A model generated the notes under the pieces. That model had not been told where the DNA came from and ran no database searches. It saw only the letters and a program-made list of their open reading frames with translations. From a virus: 64,000 nt of DNA. Shown here piece after piece: positions 16,291 through 24,930 of this stretch (its first letter is position 1; each line of letters starts with the position of its first letter). Both the position numbers and the translations under genes were made by a program. Location: positions 1 through 64,000 of the IMG/VR virus record IMGVR_UViG_3300032308_000833. The stretch is one strand, 5' to 3'.

Positions 16291-16388
16291 TGGCCGATAA
16301 CATAATTTTAAAAGAAATTGCAATTGCAAAACTAGTTGCACTAGGTTTAACAGAAGAAGAACTTAAAGCAATAGGAATCGGTGAATAA
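16290..16388 (+). CDS. 32-aa protein with AKLxALGLTEEE motif
   Basis: Manual translation; TAATG overlaps on both sides. Confidence 0.55.
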   Translation: MADNIILKEIAIAKLVALGLTEEELKAIGIGE

Positions 16389-17038
16389 TGCCATCATTAA
16401 ATACTACTGGTAAAACAGCATACGTTTACGATCAAGAAACAGACACGTTCTACGCACTTGGTGCAAACACAAACACTGCTGCAAATTATATTTGGTCTGG
16501 AACACAAGAATTTCAAAACAATGTTACATTTTCAGATACTAATGCAGTAATTACTGCTAAGGCTGGAATAAACAACTTTTTAAATCCTGCAGCAAGAGAT
16601 GCAGCATTAGCCTCACCAGTAAGAGGAACAGTTTGTTTTGTTAGACAAACCGCAGGTGCTGTAGCAATTAATGATTTACAATTTTACAACGGAACTAATT
16701 GGATATCTTATGGTGGTTTGGTTACTTTTAATAAGCAGGCTGGTAGCGGATCACAAAATTATGATTTAACATTAAGTGATATTGGTCAAAGTATAACTTT
16801 TGATTCTACAGGAGCATGGACAGTAACTATTCCACCTAATTCAAGTATTGCTTTTCCAATAGGATCAGAAATAGATGTTTTTAGAATGAATACTGGATCT
16901 GTTACATTTGTTCCAGGTGCAGGAGTTACTTTAAATAGTAAAAATACAAATAGATCAATTGCAGCAAGGTATTCAGGTGCATCCTTGTTTAAGTTTGATA
17001 CAAACACTTGGCTTCTAGTCGGCGACTTGATCGCATAA
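16388..17038 (+). CDS. Tail-fibre protein with C-terminal adaptor-like domain (paralog of the 23176 C-terminus)
   Basis: TIPPNSSIAFPIGSEI...GVTLN...NTWLLVGDLIA. Confidence 0.7.
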   Translation: MPSLNTTGKTAYVYDQETDTFYALGANTNTAANYIWSGTQEFQNNVTFSDTNAVITAKAGINNFLNPAARDAALASPVRGTVCFVRQTAGAVAINDLQFYNGTNWISYGGLVTFNKQAGSGSQNYDLTLSDIGQSITFDSTGAWTVTIPPNSSIAFPIGSEIDVFRMNTGSVTFVPGAGVTLNSKNTNRSIAARYSGASLFKFDTNTWLLVGDLIA

Positions 17039-17047
17039 GGGTTTGCT

Positions 17048-17962
17048 ATGGCATTATTTGGAAAACTAGTTAAATACGTTGTAAAAAAAGGAATGAAACT
17101 GGTTCCTAATTTTATTGGAAGAACAAGTGCACAGGCTCAAGCAGATGTTGTATCTGAAGGTTTTGTTTTAGGTAATGTAACCACTACAGTTTCTGGAGAA
17201 CCTGCTGAATTAGCAAACGATGGATTAATTGTTGAGCAGATTCCCGCAGTTACAACACCAGCAGATTATGAAGCACCTGTTGATTTAACCGTAAGACAGT
17301 TTAGTTTTACACCATTTGGTGTATTTGGATTTTCACCTTTCAACGTTTTTGGATTCTCACCTTTCAACGTTTTTGGATTCTCACCTTTTAACGTTTTTGG
17401 ATTTTCACCTTTTAGAGTTTTTGGATTCTCACCAACTACCTATACTTTTTCATTTTCACCAGTTCCATATTGCATAGATGAAAATACACCAGTATTAACT
17501 AAAGAAGGATATAAGTTAGCAAAAGATATAGTTGTTAACGATATATTAATGACTAAAACTTTTGATGGTTTACCTATAACAAACCATGAAGGTTTAAAAT
17601 CTTGGTCAGATACTATAGATAAAGAATATCATTCTGTAGAGTCTAAAGTAACAAACATTAAAAAAACTAATGTTCTTGAAACTATTATAATTAATGATGA
17701 TAAGTATAAAAGATTTTCTACTCAAGAAGATATTTTAATAATAAGAGAAGAAAAATTAATGTTTTGTGTTGCTTCTGAATTAAAAATAAATGATCAAATA
17801 GTAAAAAGTCCAACCGAAATGATTGGCGATCAAATAGCATGTATTGTTTATAAAATAGAAACAGTAAAAGAAGATAGAAATGTTTATGATTTTATGAGAG
17901 AACCATTTGGCTTGATTGTGGCAGATTCTTTACTTGTATATAATGCTTATCCAGTAGATTAA
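17048..17962 (+). CDS. PASTA domain + FGFSPFxV repeats + C-terminal Hint domain protein
   Basis: VPNFIGRT..QA...G.IVEQ.P (PASTA); YCIDENTPVLT..G.KLAKDI...VYDF...LLVYN (Hint). Confidence 0.8.
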   Translation: MALFGKLVKYVVKKGMKLVPNFIGRTSAQAQADVVSEGFVLGNVTTTVSGEPAELANDGLIVEQIPAVTTPADYEAPVDLTVRQFSFTPFGVFGFSPFNVFGFSPFNVFGFSPFNVFGFSPFRVFGFSPTTYTFSFSPVPYCIDENTPVLTKEGYKLAKDIVVNDILMTKTFDGLPITNHEGLKSWSDTIDKEYHSVESKVTNIKKTNVLETIIINDDKYKRFSTQEDILIIREEKLMFCVASELKINDQIVKSPTEMIGDQIACIVYKIETVKEDRNVYDFMREPFGLIVADSLLVYNAYPVD

Positions 17963-18534
17963 TCTTTAGGAAACTGATACATAAATTCTCTAGTTTTTGA
18001 AGTTATGCCTTTCCAAGGTCCCCAATTTTTTCCACCATCACTCATTATGTAAGCAACTTGACAGTTAATTGATGGGTTTAAAAGTTGACTTGTGTAGTCT
18101 AGATTATATTTTTCTTTTCTATCAGCATTAAGGTCACCAATCATATTTATTTGAAATAATCCGTATGATTTGTCTCCAGTGCTTTTATTGCCATTAAAGG
18201 CCAATGAGTTCCCCATTGATTCTTTTTTAACAATAGCCCAAGCCTCTACCAAATGCTTATTTTCAAAACCACAAGCAGATAACAAAGTTTTTAGTTCAAT
18301 GTCAGTAAGTTGTCCTTTATCCTGATATTCAGCAAGGGTTCTTACATTATCTCTAGATGGTTTATTTAAATGATCTGGTCTAGAAAGCAAAAAAACCGCC
18401 TCAGCGGTAAATGTTGCATATTTATCGTTTTTCAGGTTAGTTTCAACACCTTGAGCATTAGAAATGTTCAAAAATACTGAAGATAATCCAAGACTTGCGA
18501 GCAATCCTATTAAAAATTTTTTATCTTTTTTCAT
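17959..18534 (-). CDS. Secreted SLT / lysozyme-fold transglycosylase
   Basis: Signal peptide; AIVKKES catalytic Glu; SYGLFQIN; NWGPW. Confidence 0.85.
   Translation of the reverse strand: MKKDKKFLIGLLASLGLSSVFLNISNAQGVETNLKNDKYATFTAEAVFLLSRPDHLNKPSRDNVRTLAEYQDKGQLTDIELKTLLSACGFENKHLVEAWAIVKKESMGNSLAFNGNKSTGDKSYGLFQINMIGDLNADRKEKYNLDYTSQLLNPSINCQVAYIMSDGGKNWGPWKGITSKTREFMYQFPKD
18389..18408 (-). terminator. Intragenic intrinsic-terminator-like hairpin in the SLT gene
   Basis: Sense strand ACCGC-TGAG-GCGGT-TTTTTT. Confidence 0.55.
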
Positions 18535-18672
18535 AGTTCTCTCCTAAGAAAACATGACACCCTTGGTAGGTGTCATATATCAAGTATAACATCTATTTGC
18601 CAGTAAGTCAAATCAAAAATGTCATATTAGTAAGATAATACAAAAAATTATTTAAAATGATATAATATTTGT

Positions 18673-19200
18673 ATGGCAACAGGTCAATCAAGCATATATA
18701 ATTTACCATACCCACAAGTTGATGATAGTGTAAACGTACATGGAGATATTGCTTCTTTAGCAACTTCATTAGATAATACACTTGCTGGACTTGGCTTATC
18801 TTACATGAAATTAGATGTAATTAATACATCTGGAGCATCAATTGCAGCAGGATCTCCTGTATTTATTAATGGTCATAATTCAGGACAAGATTTAACAACA
18901 GTAGGAAAAGCAATTCCTACAACAACATCACCAATATTAGGATTATTAAAATCTACAACAGCAAATAATGCACAAGGAATATGTGTAGTCTCTGGAGTAT
19001 TACCAGATGTTAATACATCTGAATTTGTTGCAGGTGATATTTTGTATGTAAAGACTGGTGGAGGTTTAACAAATGTTAGACCATCAGGTGGTGCAGGTGC
19101 AGTAGCAGTTTGTGCCTATGCAGATGCATCTAATGGAGTTCTTGTAGTTACCGCCAAAGGTAACGGTACTTGGGGAGCATTAAAGAACGGTCTTTCATAA
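18673..19200 (+). CDS. Virion structural protein (cement/fibre-like)
   Basis: YNLPYP N-terminus; GSPVFI...G.C.VSG...AGDILYV; leaderless. Confidence 0.6.
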   Translation: MATGQSSIYNLPYPQVDDSVNVHGDIASLATSLDNTLAGLGLSYMKLDVINTSGASIAAGSPVFINGHNSGQDLTTVGKAIPTTTSPILGLLKSTTANNAQGICVVSGVLPDVNTSEFVAGDILYVKTGGGLTNVRPSGGAGAVAVCAYADASNGVLVVTAKGNGTWGALKNGLS

Positions 19201-19230
19201 TTATTTATCCAAACATGATATAATTACAAT

Positions 19231-19638
19231 ATGGCCATTCTCAGAAACTCATCTCAAGATTTATACAACGTAGGTGCTAAACCCCCAACCGTTAAATGGA
19301 CAGTAGTTCGTGGTGACACCTCAGCATTTAAAGTTTACGTAACAGACGACGCCCAAGCCCCTTTAGTTATAGCAGATTGGGATATTGCTATGAAAATTAA
19401 AAGACCAAACCTTGCTAAAGATCTTGGAGTAATAACGGATAATGCAAATACAATTATGCTTTTGACTCCTGCAGCAGATGCAGATGATTTGGCTGGAGAA
19501 TTTACAGTTAGACTTGCAGCAGAAGAATCACACAATCTTCAAACAGGAGATATTTTTGATATCGAGTTATCTACAGCAGAAATTGTTTGGACAGTTGCAC
19601 AAGGTAGCATGATTATACTTGAAGATGTAACTGACTAA
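19231..19638 (+). CDS. BppU-N-like virion structural protein
   Basis: VRGDT...FDIEL...WTVAQG...EDVT. Confidence 0.65.
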   Translation: MAILRNSSQDLYNVGAKPPTVKWTVVRGDTSAFKVYVTDDAQAPLVIADWDIAMKIKRPNLAKDLGVITDNANTIMLLTPAADADDLAGEFTVRLAAEESHNLQTGDIFDIELSTAEIVWTVAQGSMIILEDVTD

Positions 19639-19862
19639 TGGCAACAGCAATTATTGTTGATGACAATAAACAAAAATTAAGACGTATTGAAACCTCAGAC
19701 TATTACCAAACCAAAATATCCTACAAGCCTAGCACGGTAGAGATAAATTACACTTTACCTTTTAGAATAAGATTTACAACAATAACAGTAGAAGGGTATG
19801 GTCCAGGTAATGTGCCCCCAATTCCTTTACAGGTTATTGGCTATAGCAACTATATACTGTAG
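19638..19862 (+). CDS. Hypothetical protein
   Basis: ORF track; TAATG overlap. Confidence 0.6.
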   Translation: MATAIIVDDNKQKLRRIETSDYYQTKISYKPSTVEINYTLPFRIRFTTITVEGYGPGNVPPIPLQVIGYSNYIL

Positions 19863-19871
19863 AATAGACAT

Positions 19872-20603
19872 ATGGCTAAAAAAGAAAAACCTAGCATATT
19901 TATAGCAACCCCAATGTACGGTGGGGTTTGTCATGGATACTTTATGAAAAGTGTCATGGGACTAGTAATGAAACTAACCTACAAAGGATACAAAGTAACC
20001 TTTAACGACTTGTACAACGAATCTTTAATTAACAGGGCCAGAAACACCCTTACAGAACTATTCTTAAGATCTGATGCTGACTACCTATTGTTTATTGATG
20101 GTGACGAAGGTTTTAACGCTGATGGTGTTATAGATATGATTGATACAGATTTAGATATTATTGGGGCTGCCGTGCCAATGAAAGCAATTAACTGGGCTAA
20201 CGTAGAAAAAGCAGCAGAATTAAAAAAACCTGATTTGAAAAGGTTTGGATCTTATGTAAACATAAACTTTGTTGATAGACAAGACTTACATAAGGTAGCA
20301 GATAATCCTAAAAAACCATTAGAGGTAAAAAACATAGGAACTGGTTTGCTGTTAATTAAACGTAATGTTTTTGAAACAATGAAAGAGCATGTTGGAAAAT
20401 ATAAAAGTGATCAACTAGATTTGGGTGGTATTAAAAAAGGTGAATACATTTATGATTTTTGGAAAACACAGGTAGACCCAGAAGAAGAAAGACTTTTGTC
20501 AGAAGACTACTATTTCTGTACACTATGGCGTAAACTTGGCGGTTCTGTGTATGTAGCACCACACGTTAAGGTAGTGCACGTAGGAACCTATATATTTGTT
20601 TAA
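19872..20603 (+). CDS. GT-A fold glycosyltransferase-like protein
   Basis: FIATPMYGG, ESLINRARN, LFIDGD, GTGLLLIKR, LSEDYYFC, HVG. Confidence 0.8.
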   Translation: MAKKEKPSIFIATPMYGGVCHGYFMKSVMGLVMKLTYKGYKVTFNDLYNESLINRARNTLTELFLRSDADYLLFIDGDEGFNADGVIDMIDTDLDIIGAAVPMKAINWANVEKAAELKKPDLKRFGSYVNINFVDRQDLHKVADNPKKPLEVKNIGTGLLLIKRNVFETMKEHVGKYKSDQLDLGGIKKGEYIYDFWKTQVDPEEERLLSEDYYFCTLWRKLGGSVYVAPHVKVVHVGTYIFV

Positions 20604-20642
20604 TTTGCAATAATTTTGTAAAAATAATGTTATAATTTAGTC

Positions 20643-21089
20643 ATGGCACAACAATCAATTGCAACAGTAAAATCACGTTATGAGACTGGCGATAGGCCAT
20701 CTCAGCAAGACTATGAAGATTTAATTGACACTACCGCGTCCCAAGCAACACGCCTTGGTACTTTTGGTAATAACGACAATACAATATCAGAAATTCAGAA
20801 CACAACAATTGTTGATAGTTTTGATGCAACAGAGTGGAGAATGGTTAAGTACCTTGTTTCAATTTCTAAAACAACACAAGGCGATAACTATTTTTACGCA
20901 ACAGAATTGACCATATTGGTTGACGGAGCAGATGTTTCCGTAAGCGAATATGGGACAATAGACAACGATGGGAATATTGGAACCATAAGCGTCTCAAGGG
21001 CTGGAAATACAGTGGCTTTAACAATCACTCCAGACTCAGTAATAAAGCCAGTCACCTTGCGTTACGCACGCATGGGACTTAAGGCATAA
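20643..21089 (+). CDS. Virion structural protein; domain shared with the 21101 C-terminus
   Basis: DSFDATEWRMVKYLV...SEYG aligns with DWALAEYRSAEFLV...TEYA. Confidence 0.65.
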   Translation: MAQQSIATVKSRYETGDRPSQQDYEDLIDTTASQATRLGTFGNNDNTISEIQNTTIVDSFDATEWRMVKYLVSISKTTQGDNYFYATELTILVDGADVSVSEYGTIDNDGNIGTISVSRAGNTVALTITPDSVIKPVTLRYARMGLKA

Positions 21090-21100
21090 GGAGATAAAAT

Positions 21101-22633
21101 ATGGCAACATTAAATAAAAATTTCAAGATTAAACATGGTTTAATCGTTGAAGGAACAACAGGTACAATTAACAACTTTGACATCTTGACAAAAAGTACAG
21201 ATGATCAAAACTACATTATAGACCTGGTTGGTGGAGACGCTTCATCAAACGCAGTAGCAAACACACTAGTACTTCGTGATGCAAATGCAAACTTTTTTGC
21301 AAATACAATCACAGCAGACTTAGTTGGAGATGTAACTGGTCAAGTATCAGACATTTCTAATCATGATTCTGATGATGTAGCAGAAGGTACAACAAACCTT
21401 TACTTTACAAACGAAAGAGCAGCAAATGCAACTGCAGCATCCTATGATGCTATAGGCTCAGCAGCAAATGCTTATTCAAATGCAACTGCTTACACAGATC
21501 TAGAAGTAGGTAATGCAATTGCTGACTTAGAAGACTATGCAGATTTTGCAGCAGGAAATGCTTTAGCAAATGCAAACTCATACACTGACAACGCAATTTC
21601 TAATGCAGTCTCTGACTTAGAAGAATACACTGACTTTGCAGTAGGCAATGCAGTGGCTGACTTAGAAGATTATGCAGACTTTGCAGTAGGTAATGCAATT
21701 GCTGATTTAACAAACAATGCACCAGCGTTATTAGATACACTTAACGAAATCGCAGAAGCAATTGGTGACGATGCAAACTTTGTTGGAACAATAACCAACT
21801 TAGTTGCAGAAAAACAAAATGCTTTGATTGCAGGAACTGACATTGATATCGTAGGAAACACAATTTCCTTTACTGGAAGTTACGATCCTTCAGGCTCAGC
21901 AGCAAATGCTTATTCAAATGCAACTGCTTACACAGATCTAGAAATAGGAAATGCATATGCAGATTTAGAACTGTTTGCTAACAACGCAGCAGGTAATGCT
22001 TTAGCAAATGCAAATTCTTACACAGATAATGCAATTGGTCTTTTGTCAACAACTGATATCGAAGAAGGAACAAACGAATACTTCACAGATACAAGGGCTA
22101 AAGAGTCAGCAGCAAGTTTGTTAACAATGGCAACTCTAACAAATATCTCAATCACAGGTAACTCTGAAGGATTGGTAATTACAGCAGAAAATGGTGTAGG
22201 AGACTCTAACACAGATGCGTTGGCTGAAGGTTCAACAAACCTTTATTTCACAGATCAACGTGCAGTAGATGCTCTTGAAGCAATAATACCTAATTTCACT
22301 GAAATTGATATTAACACAGTTGCTAGACAAGTTGCAGCAACAGTAAATGCTCCAACAGCAAGCACAGTTACAGCAATTGACTGGGCATTAGCAGAATATC
22401 GCTCAGCCGAATTCTTGGTAAAAGTTGCTTACGGTGCACACACAGAAGTTTCAAAAGTTATCTTAACTCTTGATACTTCAAACAACATCGCAATCACAGA
22501 ATACGCAATTGTAGGAACAAATGGATCCGCATCCACAATTTCTGCAGACGTAAACGGAACAGATGTAAGACTAAGAGTAGCAACAGCCAATAACAACTCA
22601 GATGTAACAGTTGTTGGAACATTGTTAGTCTAG
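21101..22633 (+). CDS. Long tail fibre / coiled-coil shaft protein with internal repeats
   Basis: EG.TNLYFT repeats, AN.YTD repeats, APALLDTLNEIA. Confidence 0.75.
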   Translation: MATLNKNFKIKHGLIVEGTTGTINNFDILTKSTDDQNYIIDLVGGDASSNAVANTLVLRDANANFFANTITADLVGDVTGQVSDISNHDSDDVAEGTTNLYFTNERAANATAASYDAIGSAANAYSNATAYTDLEVGNAIADLEDYADFAAGNALANANSYTDNAISNAVSDLEEYTDFAVGNAVADLEDYADFAVGNAIADLTNNAPALLDTLNEIAEAIGDDANFVGTITNLVAEKQNALIAGTDIDIVGNTISFTGSYDPSGSAANAYSNATAYTDLEIGNAYADLELFANNAAGNALANANSYTDNAIGLLSTTDIEEGTNEYFTDTRAKESAASLLTMATLTNISITGNSEGLVITAENGVGDSNTDALAEGSTNLYFTDQRAVDALEAIIPNFTEIDINTVARQVAATVNAPTASTVTAIDWALAEYRSAEFLVKVAYGAHTEVSKVILTLDTSNNIAITEYAIVGTNGSASTISADVNGTDVRLRVATANNNSDVTVVGTLLV

Positions 22634-22654
22634 TAAAAAATTAGGGGGCAGTAA

Positions 22655-23107
22655 ATGACCACAAATCTAAAAGATTTTAAAGTCAAGAATGGATTAGTCG
22701 TAACTAACGGCGGTTCATTTGGAAACGCGGTAGCAGTAGGAGAACCTACATTAGGAACTCACGCTACTACTAAAGATTACGTAGATTCTGTAACTGGTAC
22801 ACCAGTATCAAATACTGCCCCTCTTTCCCCAGACAATGGGGATATGTGGTTTGATACCACGGTAGAAAGATTAAAAGTTTATTATGAAACTGATTGGTTT
22901 ACAATTGCAACAAGCAATGATGTACAAAATATTCCAGATCACATTCATGATACAGCAATTGATGGTAACGGAAGAATTGTTACAGTATTCTGGGATGCTG
23001 AACAATATGACGATCCACAAATTTCTACATTAAGTGGTGGAACACCGTTTTCAAATTCATGGGCAGCAGTATTTGATGGTGGAAATCCAGACAGTGAATT
23101 TAATTAA
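22655..23107 (+). CDS. Putative tail-fibre component
   Basis: DFKVKNGL N-terminus shared with 21101; ATTKDYVD; GDMWFD. Confidence 0.65.
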   Translation: MTTNLKDFKVKNGLVVTNGGSFGNAVAVGEPTLGTHATTKDYVDSVTGTPVSNTAPLSPDNGDMWFDTTVERLKVYYETDWFTIATSNDVQNIPDHIHDTAIDGNGRIVTVFWDAEQYDDPQISTLSGGTPFSNSWAAVFDGGNPDSEFN

Positions 23108-23175
23108 AACATTTTAAAAAACTGTTATAATTAAAACAAAATCAAAAGTAGGTAAGACCTACACAGGGAGATAAA

Positions 23176-24900
23176 ATGGCAACAAGGATGCTACAACGTA
23201 GAGGAACTGCTACACAGTGGGCTAATGCTAACCCTACTCTGGGTTCTGGAGAAATTGGTTTTGAAACCGACACAGGACAATTTAAAATAGGTGACAACTC
23301 TACAGCATGGGATGATTTGCCATACTTTAAAAATATAGAAGATTTAGGCGGAAACCTAGACGATTACATTTTATTAGAACAAAAAGGTGCAGCAAACGGT
23401 GTTGCCACATTAGATGGAAGCAATTTAATCCCTGTAGCACAAATTCCAAATACTATTGCTAGAATTACAGATGTAGGAAACGCAATTTCTAACGCTATAT
23501 CAGATTTAACAAATAACGCACCAGCAATACTAGATACCCTTGCAGAACTAGCAAATGCCATCAATGATGATGGAGATTTTTTCTTAACTATTTCAAACAG
23601 CATTAATAACAGTTTAGATGCCGCTAATGAATACACAGATAATAACATAAATACTTTAGCAAACAACGTTGCAGAAGAAGCAGAATTATTAGCAAACACT
23701 GTTGCAAATAATCTTTCTTGTGCTGTTGCAAGTTTACAAGAAGAAATTGGAAATGCTGTAACTGAATCAGAAGCATATACCGATAACGTTGCTGCTCATA
23801 CTTTAGGAAATGCACAATTTTATACTGATGGTGAAGTAGACATACTTGCAAACTCTATAACAGATGCACTATCAAATGCACATTCATACACAGATACTGA
23901 AGTTTCAGATCATAACCTAGAAACATTAAATGTGCACGGTATATCAAATACAGCAGTACTTGTAACATTAACAGATTTGAGCAATCACGAAACTGACACA
24001 TCAAACGTACATGGTATCACAAATACACTAGCAATAGTGTTTACAGATGATGCAAGACTTTCTGATGCAAGAACACCACTTGCTAACTCTGTTACAAATA
24101 ACTCTATATCAGGAACAATTGATCAAAATAAGATCACAAACCTTGCAACAACACTAGGAAATCTAGCATCCCTTTCAGGTGCAGCGTTTACTGGTAACGT
24201 TTCAACAACTGGTAATTTGACAGTAGACGGAGATTTCACTGTAAGTGGATCTAATGTTCTTGTATCTGCAACACAAATTCAAATAGAGGACACCTTACTA
24301 CAACTTGGTCACACAAATGCTAACAACGTAGCAGATCTAGGTTTAGTAGTTTCTTATAACGATGGAACACAAAAACATGCTGGTATCGTCAAAGACGTTA
24401 CAGATAGCAAATGGAAATTGTTTGATGGTGTTACATCAGAACCTGGAACAACAGTTAACTTTGGACAAGGTTCACTAGATGTTTTGGCACTTTTGACACT
24501 TGAGGCAAACTCAATCACTGCAACATCAGATATCACTGCAAACGGAATCGTATTTGCAGACGGTACACAAAGATTAGAAGGTGTACCTTCACGGACACCT
24601 ATTATTCAAAAGACAGCAAGTTATACTTTGTCAGCATTGACTGAAAGAGATGATTTAATAGAAATGGATAGCGTTAGTGCAACAACGCTGACTATTCCTC
24701 TTAACTCAGCAGTAGCGTTTCCAGTTGGAACATCTATTGATATTCTTCAAACAAATACTGGTCAAGTAACAATCGCAGGAGACGCAGGAGTAACAGTAAA
24801 TGCTACACCAGGTCTTAAACTACGCACACGGTGGTCATCTTGCACTCTATTTAAGAGAGCAACTAACACCTGGGTTGTATACGGCGACTTAACTGCATAA
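23176..24900 (+). CDS. Tail-fibre protein (Mtd-N-like QRRGT..W..ANP.L..GEIG.ETDT N-terminus; adaptor-like C-terminus)
   Basis: Recognisable fibre-attachment N-terminal motif; C-terminus paralogous to 16388. Confidence 0.8.
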   Translation: MATRMLQRRGTATQWANANPTLGSGEIGFETDTGQFKIGDNSTAWDDLPYFKNIEDLGGNLDDYILLEQKGAANGVATLDGSNLIPVAQIPNTIARITDVGNAISNAISDLTNNAPAILDTLAELANAINDDGDFFLTISNSINNSLDAANEYTDNNINTLANNVAEEAELLANTVANNLSCAVASLQEEIGNAVTESEAYTDNVAAHTLGNAQFYTDGEVDILANSITDALSNAHSYTDTEVSDHNLETLNVHGISNTAVLVTLTDLSNHETDTSNVHGITNTLAIVFTDDARLSDARTPLANSVTNNSISGTIDQNKITNLATTLGNLASLSGAAFTGNVSTTGNLTVDGDFTVSGSNVLVSATQIQIEDTLLQLGHTNANNVADLGLVVSYNDGTQKHAGIVKDVTDSKWKLFDGVTSEPGTTVNFGQGSLDVLALLTLEANSITATSDITANGIVFADGTQRLEGVPSRTPIIQKTASYTLSALTERDDLIEMDSVSATTLTIPLNSAVAFPVGTSIDILQTNTGQVTIAGDAGVTVNATPGLKLRTRWSSCTLFKRATNTWVVYGDLTA

Positions 24901-24930
24901 CATTTGATATAATAAGACTAAGGAGATAAC

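Noticed and set aside
17301-17432. 24-bp tandem repeats (also 25537-25695) as a CRISPR array or DGR template/variable repeat
   Set aside because: In-frame coding repeats with synonymous variation, no spacers, no adenine-specific pattern, and no cas or reverse transcriptase gene in the window
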